Part shown: positions 1 through 12,180 of the stretch, piece by piece
Layout of the letters: every line of letters starts with the position of its first letter
Position numbering within the stretch: position 1 is the first letter of the stretch
Assembly (NCBI GenBank): GCA_963575745.1
Contig: CAUYUJ010000314.1
Coordinates: 372,001 to 436,000, forward strand
Source: Prorocentrum cordatum
Taxonomy: Eukaryota
Direction of reading: 5' to 3'
DNA length: 64,000 bases
Notes under the pieces: model-generated
Told to the model about the DNA's origin: nothing
The model's database searches: none
What the model saw: only the letters and a program-made list of their open reading frames with translations
Position numbers and translations under genes: made by a program

Positions 1-553
1 TTCGGGAGCAGAAATGAGGCCGGCGCCTCAACGAGAGCAGCGTTTTGGGAAAAAATGACGCCGGCGCCTCAGCGAGAGTCGTTTCCCGGGATTTCCCGGG
101 CATCCTGTGTAAAAAAACAGTACGCGGAGGGTGCGCGGCCATCACCCGGACGCCATCAGGGGAAGAGGGAGAGTATTTTCACATTGAGTAATTGTGGAGC
201 AGGAGGAGGAGGAGGAGGAGGGAGGAGGAGGAGGAGGAGGAGGAGGAGGAGGAGGAGGAGGAGGAGGAGGAGGGGAAGGAGCATGAGGAGGAGGAGGAGG
301 ACGAGGAGGAGGAGGAGGAGGAGGAGGAGCAGGAGGAGGAGGGCCTCGTCTGAACGACCCAATGGCCCACAGCTCGAGGCTCGAAGGAGGAGGGCCCCCC
401 CCGAAGAGGCCGCGCCGCAGGGCCACCGCGGGGGAGGCCGCCCTGCGACTGCGGCGCTGGCCTCGCCCGCCGCGCCAGGGCCAGCGGGCGGTGCGGGCGC
501 CGCCGCCGCCGCGCCCGACGAGGCAGGGCTTCGGCCCGAGAACTTTCAGGACG

Positions 554-719
554 TCACCACCCACCAAACCACCCCAACCCAACCCGAAGGCCTCAAATTG
601 CCCTCCATTTCCAGTTGGGGGTGGGTCGGGGAACACTGAAAAAAACACATATGGAACCCGTACCCCCCCCAACCCGAAATTGGGGTCTTCGGGTTGGGTT
701 GGGGTGGTCTGGTAGGTAG
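554..719. mobile_element. MITE-like element with ~38-bp imperfect TIRs and an 8-bp direct repeat (hAT-like)
   Basis: CCACCAAACCACCCCAACCCAACCCGAAG (561-589) is the near reverse complement of CTTCGGGTTGGGTTGGGGTGGTCTGGTAG (688-715). TCAGGACG flanks both sides (546-553, 720-727). Confidence 0.65.
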
Positions 720-873
720 TCAGGACGCACAAAACAGAAGCACAGACACAATGAATCGTCGATTGCCAAGGACGCACGGGAAGCGGCAGGGAAGGCGAGC
801 AGCCAGAAGATGTGGAGGGTGTGGGGAATCCTCGGACTCGTGCTCGCGTATTTGTGTGCTCCTGGGCCCCTTC
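720..873. repeat. Dispersed ~150-bp repeat family with weak terminal inverted repeats (other copies ~30135-30297 and ~39922-40084)
   Basis: All three copies start TCAGGA, contain ACACAGAC/GCACAGAC and GTCGATT, and end TGTGTG..GGCCCCTTC. Confidence 0.6.
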
Positions 874-899
874 GAACCCAGACACGTGTAGCGTCCCGA

Positions 900-1155
900 G
901 GGCACCCCAGGCGCCGCCGCCGAGCCTGGCCAGGGGCGTCCTGCGCGGACCCCGCCTGCCCCAGGCAGGCGGGGGCCAGAGTGTCGGCCAGAGCGCCGCC
1001 CCGCCACGCTTCGCCCAGGAAGGCCCTGGCCCGGCACGGCGGTGGTGTGCACCCAGACGTGCCACGTGCTCAGAATACGAGGACGGGTCTTCTCCACTCT
1101 CGGCCTGTCGGGGCCCCTGCCAGGCCTTGGGTCGACGACGCGTGCAACCCTCCTC
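900..1155 (+). repeat. Dispersed GC-rich repeat with an inverted copy at ~6780-7012
   Basis: Shared blocks GTGGTG(T/C)GCACCCAGACGTGC, CCCCTGCCAGGCCTT and GGGTCGACGACGCGTGC on opposite strands. Confidence 0.7.
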
Positions 1156-1763
1156 CACCTCCTCCTCCTCCTCCTCCTCCTCCTCCTCCTCCTCCTCCTC
1201 CTCATGCTCCTTCTCCTCCTCCTGCTCCTCCTCCTCCTCCTGCTCCTCCTCCTCCTCCTCCTCCATCCCCTCCTCCATCTCCATCTCCTCCTCCTCCTCC
1301 TCCTCCTCCTCCTCCTTTTCCTCCTCCTCCCCCTCGCCCCCGAGTTTCCATGCCGACGGGCGCGCGCGCAGCGCGGCCCGCGCAGCCGTGCAGCGCCCCG
1401 AGAGAACGTGTCGGGGCGGAGCTGTGCTCTGTCTCCGGCCTCGGGGGGGCCCTGCAAGACGAAGCCAGGACGAGGACGCATTCCGGGGTGGCTAAGCCGG
1501 GAACCTCTGAGATCCGACGGCTCTGGAGGATGTCTCGGGCGCCGCGGCCTCCTCCGAGCGTTCCGAAAAACGCACTGGGAGCGTTCCGGAGGGCTCTGGG
1601 AGGGATTTGCCCTCGTTCCAGCCCCGCCCGATCCTGCCGGGGCCTTGGGGCCGTCAACACACGGCTCAGGACGAGAAGCCTGGCTCGGAGCAGTGGTCGG
1701 GGCTTGCGGGGAGCCGGTGCGGAAAGAAGCGGGACCTCTCGTGTCTGGGAATGGGCACGTCCA

Positions 1764-1960
1764 GCCGTCCCTGATGGGTTCCGAGCAGATGGGCTCGGAG
1801 GATCGCGCGCATGCGGAGCCCAATTTTCTCCAGGCCGACCTCGGAGATGAATCGCCGACGTCGCCGTTGCGTCACCGATGTGTCGCCGATGCATCGGCGA
1901 TGCGTCGGCGATGCGGCGCAATCCTCCGACCCCATCTACTCGGACCCCATCTGGGAGGCC
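1764..1960. mobile_element. Foldback/MITE copy of the 14261-14508 family (partial third copy ~22820-22982)
   Basis: Right arm TCCGACCCCATCTACTCGGACCCCATCTGGGAGGCC, a degenerate inverted left arm, and internal TCGCCGATGCATCGGCGA palindromes. Confidence 0.6.
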
Positions 1961-1984
1961 TCTACATACCGCCTCGAGATCAAA

Positions 1985-2100
1985 CGCAAGTTTCTCCCAC
2001 GACGTGGCGACGCCCCCGTGCCTCCAATTGCCATGTTGACGCCGAAGCTGGCGACTGCAATTTTTCTGTTGCCCCCCCCGGGCCGCGCTGCGCGCGTCCA
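1985..2100 (+). repeat. Dispersed ~115-bp repeat (other copies 6628-6740 on + and ~37645-37757 on -)
   Basis: Shared GCAAGTTT.TCCCACGACGTG.CGACGCCCCC...CGAA(G/A)CTGGCGAC...CCGCGCTGCGCGCG; the minus-strand copy is more diverged. Confidence 0.7.
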
Positions 2101-2854
2101 TCAGCATTGAAATTCGGGGGCGATGGGGTTGGACAAAAACTTGCGTTTGATTTCAAGGCAAGTTGTAGTACGGAAAGAACGGATACGAAGACTTGCGGCA
2201 TCTCTGATTCATGTTGAGCAGGACTCGCTGTCGGTGTCGCCGTGGACGTTGTCCATTTGAGGCGGATGGCCGCCTGCCCAACAGCAGCTGGTTTCGGTTC
2301 TGGGCAACATTGGTTGTTGGGCATCGCGCTCGTTTTTTTCATACCCGTCTCGGGCTTCCGAGAGCTGCTCACGGTCCGAATCCGATCCGATCCGATCCGA
2401 TCCCCAAACTTCGATTATCAGGGGCGGAACCCTGAGATCCCAGCGTTTCATTTTTTTCCTCCACGGGCGGCGGCGGTTTTGCTTTGCCTCGGGCATTGGT
2501 GTGGGGCACTGGGGCCCTCACGGACCAATCTGGCTCGAAAATTGCAACAGAAAGATGAGGCCTGCAGGCTCTGGTTGCTCATTTTTGGCGGTCCGGTCCG
2601 GACCCAGTTCCGCGCCGCCTCGGGTGCGGTCCGATCCGCTTTCCATCCAGTCTCTGGGGTTGATGAAGGTGCCCCTGGCCCAAGGTGCCCCCAGCTTATG
2701 GCTCCATCTTGGATCTCCTGGGGCCCCCTGGGCCTGGTGAGGGGTGCTCTGGAGGCCGTGTGGGCCTCCCCAGAAATCCCGGGGGCACCTAGGGCCAGGG
2801 GCACTTCTAGCATTTCTATACTCCTCTTCCTCCTCCTCCTCCTTCTTCTCCTCC

Positions 2855-2876
2855 TCCGTAGCCATTTTGACTCAAG
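2855..2876 (+). other. Genomic relic of the dinoflagellate spliced leader (DinoSL)
   Basis: TCCGTAGCCATTTTGACTCAAG matches DCCGTAGCCATTTTGGCTCAAG at 21/22. A probable second degenerate relic CCTGTTTCTCTCAAG follows (2877-2891). No GT follows the SL, so it is not an SL RNA gene. Confidence 0.92.
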
Positions 2877-4784
2877 CCTGTTTCTCTCAAGCCAACCTGA
2901 GCTCCCTTTGTCTTTTGTGCCTGCGATGTTAGCTTGAATTGTAATTTACTTCCCATCCGGTTGCTCAGACGGCTACGAGGTCCATGTCTAAGGCACATAA
3001 TTTGTTTGCTGCTCACATTCGCGTGCTGGAGAAGCAAATGAATCGTGATCTGGATTCTTCTCTCTCCAGCAGTCTGCCATTTGTCGACACGCGTTCTTGT
3101 GTGAGGATTTGAGACACAACGTCCATCACCCTTCTCACGCGGCGACGTTGGCCAGACCGAGCGTTGGGGATCAAGTTAGCAATTCATCTCGTCGCCTCTT
3201 TCCGAGAGCTGGTCGGGAGCGCCACGCCGTCTTCCCCCAACAGGCCAGCGCGTTTCAGGATTCAGCTGGAGTGGCTTGTGCCCGCCGCTGGCAACGCACT
3301 CGTCTCCGTTCTGACGCCCTTGAGTTTCTTCCATCTGCCTGCGACGGGCTGCCCGGCAGCGCCATCGCCGCACACCGCTCGGAGCCCACGGGGCATACGA
3401 GGTCAGAGATGGCTGCCATCGCCGCATACCGCTCGGAGCCTGCTGGGCATACGGGGCCTGGGAGTGACGCAGACGCGGCGGGGAGCACCGACCATGGCTG
3501 TTTTCCCCACTCTGAGGTTGTTCGCGGGCATGTCTGGATGACTGATGTTTGCGCCGACTGGAGTGCCATCGCCGCGTGCCGCTCTGAGCAATCGGGGCAT
3601 ACGGGGTCTGGGGGCGATGGCAGGGTTTGCGTCCCGTGGGTCTGAGTATGACTGTTGCGATTACGATAATGTGACTTCTTCCGCTCTCCCGCCATATGTA
3701 CCCAGCACTGGGTTAGATGTGGTTTCTTACTCCGATGTGCGGGCTGCTCTTTTTGAGCTGCAGGGAATGGCATGCCATGCTCATGTGTTGGCGTCTTCTG
3801 CGGCTGCCCAGGCTGCCTCTTGCTCAGAAATGGCGCACGTGATTCAGCAAACGAATGAGAAGCAGCTCGCATCTGTCTCTGGGCTCGTGGAGATGGAACT
3901 GGCGATTATTTCGTCCCTTCCTGGCGTTTCGGTTGCTGGCACCTTCTCGTCCCTGATGAATGTAGTATGAAGCATACCAGTGAGCGGCCCGAGGTGTTAG
4001 AGCAAGCCTATGTTGACCGCCAGCAAAATACTCTTCTTACGCTCTCGTCCCTGAGGGAGGCGCTTTCTGAGCTCGCTGCCCACTTGGTGTCGACGATCCC
4101 GCACGCAGGCTTGGTGAATGCGAAAATTGGCGCTATGCGGGGCCTCCTGCTTGTGCTTCGTGATGAGCCTCACGGGGAATTGCAATCCGCTCTGGCGCTA
4201 GGCCAGGAGCACCTACACGACTCTGCTCGTGAGAAAGTACAAGTACAGCAGCAACAGATCACTGCTGTTCAACAGGACGGCATCTCGTCATATCACGTGC
4301 GGCGGCTGGTCCAGCGTCCGCTTTCGGGTCTCTGGGATCATTGTCAAAGGCTAATGGATACGCATGGAGCGAAGGCGAGTGATTTCATGGCCGACACCCG
4401 CGAGCAGGTCGTTTTATAATCCCACACCCTGTTTCAAACTATGTCTGCCGATGTGGCTGTGTTGAGAAACTCTGCGGAGCTGGTGCAAAGATATCGGAGT
4501 GCAGTATGTGATGCGTTTGTTTTGAAAGAGCAGGTCGCTACTCACGAAGCGGTTCTTAAACAGGTGGCTGAGTTGATTGGGCAGCTGATTGCTCAAAATC
4601 CGGACGTGATTACGGATGCTGCTGGGTTTGCTCTCCAGCGGCTCTCGGCAACTGACATCGTCGGCACTGCCGTGCGTGCTGAGCTGCTGCGGGCCCCTGC
4701 TCGCTATGTACCCGGTCGTCTTGATATCAAAGTGGGTGGCCATCTTCCGGCTGCATCCTCTCCCTCGTCGGCGGCTGGTTCGAT

Positions 4785-4854
<70 letters not shown>

Positions 4855-5160
4855 GAGCTCTGCGATGTATGCGGAGGAAGTAAGACACACAGTCGCTCTC
4901 GGCTGACGTGCGTTTGCATGTTGAATGATTTGGCGAATTGGACGTTGTGATCTGCTTCCTGGTTCTGTCGTTGTTCCCTGGGGGCCTAGTGCACTCCTTG
5001 GTCCTGCAGTGGGTCGTCCTTGTCCTCTCCGCCCTGGGCCGCGCCCCAGGTATTCCGGCTATTCGCGTGGCCTATGCCTTCCGCGGTTTCGGTTCGGGCT
5101 CTTGTCGAGAGCGTCAGATTCGAGTATATTCAGCCAGACAGGGCGTTTCTTCTACGCTGG
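2855..5160 (+). pseudogene. SL-headed processed (retroposed) pseudogene of unknown function: PAM2-like motif, helical middle, poly-Asp tract, Cys-rich C-terminus
   Basis: Intronless protein-like ORF pieces follow the SL: 3097-3645, 3545-3970, 3967-4419 and 4441-4950 (the last two share a frame, split by TAA). TRLRSDALEFLP (3298-3333) fits PAM2 xxLxxxAxEFxP. There are three internal copies of GCCATCGCCGC..CCGCTC (3361-3600). (CCT)n tracts flank both sides. Confidence 0.65.
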
Positions 5161-5839
5161 GTCCTCCTCCCTTCCTTCTCCTCCTTCTCCCTCCTCCCTC
5201 CCTCCCTTCCTCCCTCCCTCCCTCCCTTCTCTTCTTCCTCCTCCTTCTCCTCCTCCTCCTCCTCCTCCTTTCTCTCCTCCTCCTCCTCCTCCTCCTCCTC
5301 CTCCTCCTCCTCCTCCTCCTCCTCCTCCTCCTCCTCCCCCTCCCCCTCTTCAACCTCCTCCTCCTCCTCCTCCTCCTCCTCCTCCTCCTCCTCCTCCTCC
5401 TCCCCCTCCTTCCCCCTCCCTCCTCCCCTGGCACCCGACCTCGGGCGCGGTCCGATCCGCTTCCCACCCGGCCCGACCTCGCGAGCCCGTCCGGCCCAGG
5501 CCTGCCGGGGCCGCGGGGCGGTCGCCGCTCTGCCGCTCCCACTGCGGCGGGGCGAGGACTGCGAGGCGAGCGCGGAGGGCATCCGCCCAGACATGACCCA
5601 GACGTGCTCGCGTTCGGTAGTAAGTCGGGGGTGGACAGACCGCCTACCCTGACACGTCGATTAGTGAATTGTCCGTTTTCGGTTCTCGAGAGGGCGCCGC
5701 GGCCGTCATTTTCCAGGCTTGCGCCTTGCAGGTTTGGGCCCGATGTCGTTTTCACTAAACCACGTTTTACTAAAGGGAGGTCTGTCCATCCGCGAGCAAG
5801 TCGTGGGGGCCTGGTATGCCCCCTCACGTTCCGTCTTTG

Positions 5840-5965
5840 GCGTCGGTCGGCGTCGATTGGCGTCGGGGGGTCGATGAGATAGTGCCGATTTAGCGTCGGC
5901 TGGCGTCGGCCTAGCGCCGATCGAGCGTCGATTAGCGTCGATTTGGCGTTGATTCGTGTCGATTT
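5840..5965. repeat. Degenerate GCGTCGATT-type repeat with 10-11 bp period
   Basis: Motif starts at 5884, 5895, 5905, 5916, 5927, 5937, 5948 and 5958. Confidence 0.7.
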
Positions 5966-7839
5966 GCGAGAGCCAACAAGATGGTATGGGAGGCTCCCAT
6001 AAGTCGCCACCGAAGCGTCGGTCAAAAAATCGAGCGGGCGGGTTTCCACCGTTTTCGGCCTCTCGGGGCCCTCCCTGGGGCCCAGGGCCGTCACAGAACG
6101 AGTCGGAATGAACAACCGGTCCCAGGGAAAGGGTCTGGACTGCCGGTGGCCGCGCTTTGCACGAAATCGCCAGATTTTTCAACAGTCGGCCACGCGCCGA
6201 CAGGGGGAAAGGTTTCTTAAAAGTATCCTGTTTCTTAGAAGGTGCGGGCCTTGCTTGTGAATGTAGGGCCAGCGCCTTCTGAGAAGCAGCCTTCTTCTCA
6301 GAAGCCTGGTCCCCTCCCCCTGCCCCCCTTCTGCGCGCCGCTTGAATACAAGCTTCCGAGAAGTCCCGACCCTTTCCCCAGGGCTGGGTCTTCAGCCCGA
6401 ACCGTTTCTTGATTCGACGGCCCTACGGCCTGGCAAGGGCCCTTGGCGGAATTCTTCCGCGGTTGCCCACAAGCGCAACACAAAATTTCGAGTAGCGTCC
6501 CGCCGATCGTTGATGCGGTGCGGCAATACTGGCTTTCGCGGTTGCATTTGGCCCCCACGGGCGCCCCTGAAGCCGCGCACCAGATGTCACTCTAGCCTGG
6601 GGTCATACATCTCTCTTCGAAATCAGCAGCAAGTTTTTCCCACGACGTGACGACGCCCCCGGGCCCCAAATTTCAATGCTGACACCGAAACTGGCGACAA
6701 CAGCTTTTGTTGTTGCCCCTGCGGACCGCGCTGCGCGCGCTCGGGGGCGAGAGGGTTAGGATGACAGCCTGCGTCTGGCCTCGAGGAGGGCCGCACGCGT
6801 CGTCGACCCGAAGGCCTGGCAGGGGCCCCCACGACGCCGAGAGCGGCGAAGACCCTCCGTCCTGGTCCTCGGAGCGCGCTGCACGTCTGGGTGCGCACCA
6901 CCACCGCGCCTGGCCGGGGCTCTCCCGGGCGGCGCGCGGCGGGGCGGCGCCCTGGCCCGCGCAGGGACGCCCCCCCGGCCGGGCGCGGCGGTGGTGGCGC
7001 CCGGGGGTGCCCCCCCCCCCCGGGCACGAGGTGTGGAGCACGACGGAGCGGACCTCGGGGCAGAAGAAGCACGACCGATGCCGATGCCCCTCCTCCTCCA
7101 CCTCCTCCTCCTCCTCCTCCTTCTCCTCCTCCTCCTCCTCCCTAGTTCTCCTCCTCTTCCTCCTTCTCCCTCCTCCTCCTCCTCCTCCTTCTCCCTCCTC
7201 CTCCTTAGTTCTCCTCCTCTTCCTCCTTCTCCCTCCTCCTCCCTCCTCCTCCTCCTCCTCCTCCTCCTCCTCCTCCTCCTCCTCCTCCTCCTCCTCCTCC
7301 TCGTCGGCGAGGGCAGCGGAAGCAGAAGCGGCGGCGGCGGCGGCGGCGACCCCGACGTGCGACGCCCTGGCTTGCTCAGCACTGGGACCCCGGAGGTTCC
7401 GACCCGTTCCCCGGAGCCGTTTTTTGTATCGCATCGCATCGCCAGCGGCACGAGAGCTATCTGAGCTCTCACTTTGAAGGCCCAAAAGCCATCACGTCAT
7501 TGGTTTTGGGGCAGGCCCCAGGGGCCCCAGACTAGTGAAGTGATGTGTTGTCCCACGCGAGGACCCCGGAATTCATCACCTCACTAGACCGAGCCCAGGA
7601 CGAAAGTCAGGGGTCGAATTGCTGCTGTGATGCAACACAGGAGCGTAAGACTCGAGTGCGCCAGAGCTCGGACTTGCCGACGCTTTTGAGCGAGCCCGTC
7701 TTGGATCTGGGCGGCTCAGTTTTCGAGGGATGCTTGCAGCGGGAGCTCGCGTCGAATTTCAGACTGGGTCTCGCCATTTTCATCATGGCCCCGTCAGGCC
7801 AACCCGAGTCCCCCGAACCCGAGTCTTATGTCTCCCCGA

Positions 7840-7917
7840 CTCATCCTCATCCTCATCGTTATCGTCGTCGTCATCGTCATCGTCATGGTCATGGTCGCTA
7901 TCATTGCATCATCATCG

Positions 7918-7965
<48 letters not shown>

Positions 7966-8020
7966 CCATTACCATTACCATTACCATTACCATTACCATC
8001 ACCATCACCATCATCATCAC

Positions 8021-8068
<48 letters not shown>

Positions 8069-8151
8069 AATCGTCATCATCCTCATCCTCCTCATCACAA
8101 TCATCATCATCAGCATCATCATCCTCATCCTCCTCCTCCTCCTCCTCCTCC

Positions 8152-8182
<31 letters not shown>

Positions 8183-8195
8183 TCTCATCATCGTT
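7840..8195. repeat. (CAT)n microsatellite; similar (CAT/GAT)n tracts at 4785-4852, 26903-27072, 43630-44190 and 45665-46340
   Basis: Directly visible trinucleotide runs. Confidence 0.97.
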
Positions 8196-9023
8196 CGTCT
8201 CCTCTGGCTGATCCTCTTTCTCCTCCTTGTCCATCCCCCGACGCCTCCCCGATCCTCGACCACGCGCAGAGGGGGGCAAGGCGCGGGCCTTCTCTATGGA
8301 TGCAAGGCCGGCGCCTTCTGAGAACCAGCCTCCTCTTCTACGAAGCCCGCACCCCTCCCTCTGCCCCTTTTTGCGCGCGGCCAGCGATGCCCCCATTCCC
8401 CGACGCCTCCTCGGGCCTCTCCGTGAGCGCGGCCAGCGACACCCTCGCCTGTCGACGCCTCTCCGGGCCTCCGTGGGGCGGCGGACCCCCGCCGCGCTCT
8501 TCAGGGAGGTCCCCCCAAGAGGCCACCAAGAGGCCTACAAGAGGCTCCCAAGAGACCCCCAAGAGGCCCCCAGAGGCTCCCAAGATGGCCCAAGACGGCT
8601 TCAAGAGCGAAAACACGACAAAGCATAAAACACTGATTTTCCGTAGGTTTTGGAAGGATTTTGGCCTCAAGAAGGGCCTCAGAGGCGATTCGAGGCACTC
8701 TAGAGTCAGAGCGCGCCCCGCACGAGAGGCCCCGGGAGCAGCGGCTTCGGTATCGCTGCGCCCCTCGCCAGGACCTGGATCGCGGGCCGGGTCTCCAAGG
8801 CCGCGGGCGTGCCGCTCAAGTTGGGCGGCGTGACACCCGAGACTCACCAGGAGGACGACACAGACACAGGGGGCGCCCGAGCCACCGAGCCGGAGGGCGT
8901 CGGTGTGCTGGCACAGCGCAGCCCTGTGGCTCAGCGATGTTCAGTGGTCCTGGCCTCCGCCAGTTCTCGTGGTGAATCTCAGGGGCCAGATCGCCGAGCT
9001 GGTGCAGCACGGGGCACCTACAG

Positions 9024-9113
9024 GTGTATGAGGAGGCTGCGGTGGAGCGCGGCTACGCCGTCCGGCCAGGCACGGTCCGCGTCAACACGCCCAGCAGCAC
9101 CAAGTTCGTCAAG
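9024..9113 (+). CDS. Candidate isolated 90-nt exon (VYEEAAVERGYAVRPGTVRVNTPSSTKFVK), product unknown
   Basis: CTACAG|GTG acceptor, AAG|GC donor, phase 0-0, GC3-rich codons and a non-repetitive peptide. Confidence 0.45.
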
Positions 9114-10600
9114 GCGCGTGCTGGCCCCGCTGCTAGAAGGGGCAGGGGCCCCAAACGCACTCAAACGATTCAACAACACCGCACAACCAAGCGCGCACGA
9201 CGAACCAGTCAGCGACGACGGTCGCCGATCTGGCCAGGGGAACCAACGAAAGAACCCGATGTGGCAGCGTTCCCCATGGCGAGTGAATGTTTGAATTTCT
9301 GTTTTGGGAGGGGCTCGGCGGCACCCAAACGGGCCATTGTGAGGGGGGCGGCCTTCTGAGAAGACCCCCTATCTCTGGACGGCATGGGGCGCATGGCTTT
9401 TGAGGGCCAGGGCTCTCCTCATAACCCCCCGCAGTATCAGAAGGCCGCCCCCCCCGCGCCCCACCTCGTCGCAGAGGGTTCCCTGGTCCTCAGAGGCAGT
9501 CTTCTAAGGGGTGGAAGCCTTCTGCCCGCAATCTAGATCCAGCTGCCTGCAGCAAACCCCGCCACTGTGCCTGTGTGGCAGCGCAGCAGGAAGGAGACTG
9601 AGTGTAGGAGCAGCGCAATTCCGACGATTGGTCTGAACTGGTGCGGGTCGTGAACTCGACTTCGTCTTCGTCCTCGCGGTGTGGTGGAGGTCACATTCAC
9701 GCCCCGCTCCAGGTCAGCGGACGGTCTGAACTGATGCCGGTCGTGAACTCGACCGCATCTTCGCCCGCGCTGTAGGGAGGAGGAGGAGGAAGAGGAGGAG
9801 GAGGAGGAGGAGGAGGAGGAGGAGGGGGAGGAGGAGGAGGAGGAGGAGGAGGAGGAGGATGGGGGGGAGGAGGAGGAGGATGAGGACGAGAGGAGGAGGA
9901 AAGGGATAACATTATGACAAGGAGGGGATGGCCTGTTAGGGGCTCGGCTCGCTTGGGGCCTCCTGTGAGCCTCCTGGGAGCCCTCTGAGGCCGTCTTGGA
10001 AGCCTCTCGAGCCGTCTTGAGGCCGTTTGGGAGCCTCTTACACCGTGTTGGGCCATCTCGGGCCGTCTTGGTGTCATCTTGGCTGTCTTGGAAGCCATCT
10101 TGAGAGCCATCTTCGCCGTTTGGAGGCTGAAAAGAGCAGTGGACATCACATTCAGGGGTGGTGGTGCTTTAACCTCGCGTGGGGCGAGGGGGGGCAGCCT
10201 CAGAAAACACATAACAACCTCCCAGACAAGAGACGATCATTCTAACACGCTCAGCCCATGCAGGCACTGTGGCGGATACTCATGATTTGGCTGGCCTGGG
10301 CGGGAGCGTACGATCGACGTACGAAAACGGGATCGACTGCGCGAACATTCGCGCATATTCTTCCCACGTACGGTCGCGCGCAAGCGCCTGCGTAAGCCGC
10401 GGCGTGAGGTCGCTATGTCTCCTCGCGTAATAATCATTTCTTGTCGTCGCTCTCATTATGGCCGCCCGTCCTCCCAATTCTCGGCCCTTGAGCGGCCAGG
10501 CGCGACGGCCCAGCCGCAGTGCCAGCCAGTATCTGGCGACTGGCCTCGCGTGTCCCGCGTGCGAGGCCAGAGCTGTGAGTGCTGGTACCCTCTGCTCCCT

Positions 10601-10788
10601 ACTCTGGGTTTCTTCATAAGCGTGGGGGGGTACCCCCCCGACGGGGGTCAACCTCGCCTCGTCGTCGCGCCGCGACGGGGGTCGGAGCGCCTTCGGCGCG
10701 CGGTGGCTGCCCGCGACGGGGGTCGATGTCGATGTGGGGCTGTCGGCGGGGGGGACGCCCCCCCGACGCTTATTCAGAAACTCGGAGT
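10601..10788. mobile_element. MITE-like element with ~23-bp imperfect TIRs
   Basis: ACTCTGGGTTTCTTCATAAGCGT on the left versus ACGCTTATTCAGAAACTCGGAGT on the right (reverse complement ACTCCGAGTTTCTGAATAAGCGT). Confidence 0.6.
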
Positions 10789-11530
10789 CTACGTGTCCCG
10801 CCCCCGCTCTGCTTTTCCCTCTCTGCTCCCTCCTCTGTGCTGTCAGATACAGTCGGGGCCCTGAAGAAGGAACCCTTTTGGTTGGGGAGGGGCTCCGCGT
10901 TCCTTAAGTGTTTCACAGCTTGCCTCAGATTTTCCTTATATTTTCGATAGGAAATCGAAGTTTAACTTATGGAGAAAAGGGGCCTCGTTCCTTATTTAGG
11001 GTTCCTTAGGTCAACGCCCCGACTGTATGTGCGTGCTCTGGGTCTCGGGAGCCTGGCCGCAGTCTGGGGCCCAAGAACCCATGAAGCTGGAACCCGGAGC
11101 CCGGGAACTGGAAGCCTGGTAACCCAGGAACTTCCCCTTCAACCGATCGGCGGCAGGTTTCTCGACAACTCCTTGGGACATCCGCGAGGGCCCCTCGAGC
11201 CGGGAAGCCGGGAGCCCGGCCGCCTACCGAAATAGCCGGCCAATTTCAAAATCGAGTCCTGGGAACCGCCACGACCGCTTCAGTGCAGAAGCAAATTGGG
11301 GAACAGCTGGGGCCTCCAACAAAGATGAGGTATTCTGCCCTGGATTCAGTGCATCCTTGCACTGTTTGGCCCACCCTTGCTCCACTCCGCTGGCCAATTG
11401 CTGAGGCTCGGACGCCCAAATGGGCCTTGCACACGGACCGCGCGTTTTTGTTTGTCTGTTGTCCACAGCGTGGAGCCCCGTGGGTCTCGACCGCTTCCCA
11501 GGCGTCGCTTTCCAGCAGTGCTTGGCTTCC

Positions 11531-11726
11531 GAAGGCGAAAACCCACCCCCACCCCCAGTCCCGACCCCCATCCCCGAGCCGGCGATTCGAGGGGCCGGGA
11601 CACTGGGGGTGGGGTTTTCTCTGGTCCTGGACCCCGAAAACCCACCCCCACCCCCAGTCCCGACTCCTTGAATCGCGGTTTCGGGGATGGAGTCGGGACT
11701 GGGGGTGGGGGTGGGTTTTCGCCTTC
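11531..11726. mobile_element. Element with a perfect 35-bp TIR and an internal duplicated hairpin
   Basis: GAAGGCGAAAACCCACCCCCACCCCCAGTCCCGAC (11531-11565) is the exact reverse complement of 11692-11726. Extra arm copies lie at ~11596-11620 and 11636-11667. Confidence 0.75.
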
Positions 11727-11987
11727 TCATGGCTGGTTCCAGGGCCCGCTCGGGGGCCCGCCGAGGCCGCACGCCTTCGTGAGCCCTCCGCCGTGGCTGC
11801 TCCACCGCGCGAGGGGGGGCAACGACACCCTGGCCTTGCGCCCTACAGCGACCGCCCCCCCCCCCCCCCTGTGCCCACAGGGGGTGCCGGCGAGCCCACG
11901 CAGGAGTGCCGCCGTTGCAGTCGCGCCGCCGTCGCAGCTCCTCTGGATCCGGCGAAGCGAAAAAACTGCGGCATCGGGGGGCCATCA

Positions 11988-12180
11988 TTAAGTCGGGCCT
12001 GTCCCCCTACAGGGGGATTTTCGACGAAAAATAAAAAATACCCCACATATAGTAAAAAAAAATCAAAAAATGGTCTGGGGACTATTTTTTTGAATATTTT
12101 TTGACCTTCTTGGGGCATTTTGGGGGTAGTTTTTCTTTTTCGCCGAAAGCCCCCCTGTATGGGGGACACGCCCGACATAA
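11988..12180. mobile_element. hAT-like MITE, 193 bp, ~58-bp imperfect TIRs, 8-bp TSD
   Basis: Ends TTAAGTCGGG...CCCGACATAA; flanks GGCCATCA (11980-11987) and GACCATCA (12181-12188); AT-rich interior. Confidence 0.8.

Noticed and set aside
55..2217. Long ORFs with poly-E/P/L/S/R runs here and at 4925-6115, 6673-8833, 12120-14431, 47396-49266 and 60015-60838
   Set aside because: They are stop-free artefacts of GGA/CCT/CAT microsatellites and high GC, open in several frames at once.
2855..2930. SL RNA gene
   Set aside because: No GT donor follows the 22-nt exon, there is no tandem SL or 5S context, and mRNA-like sequence follows.
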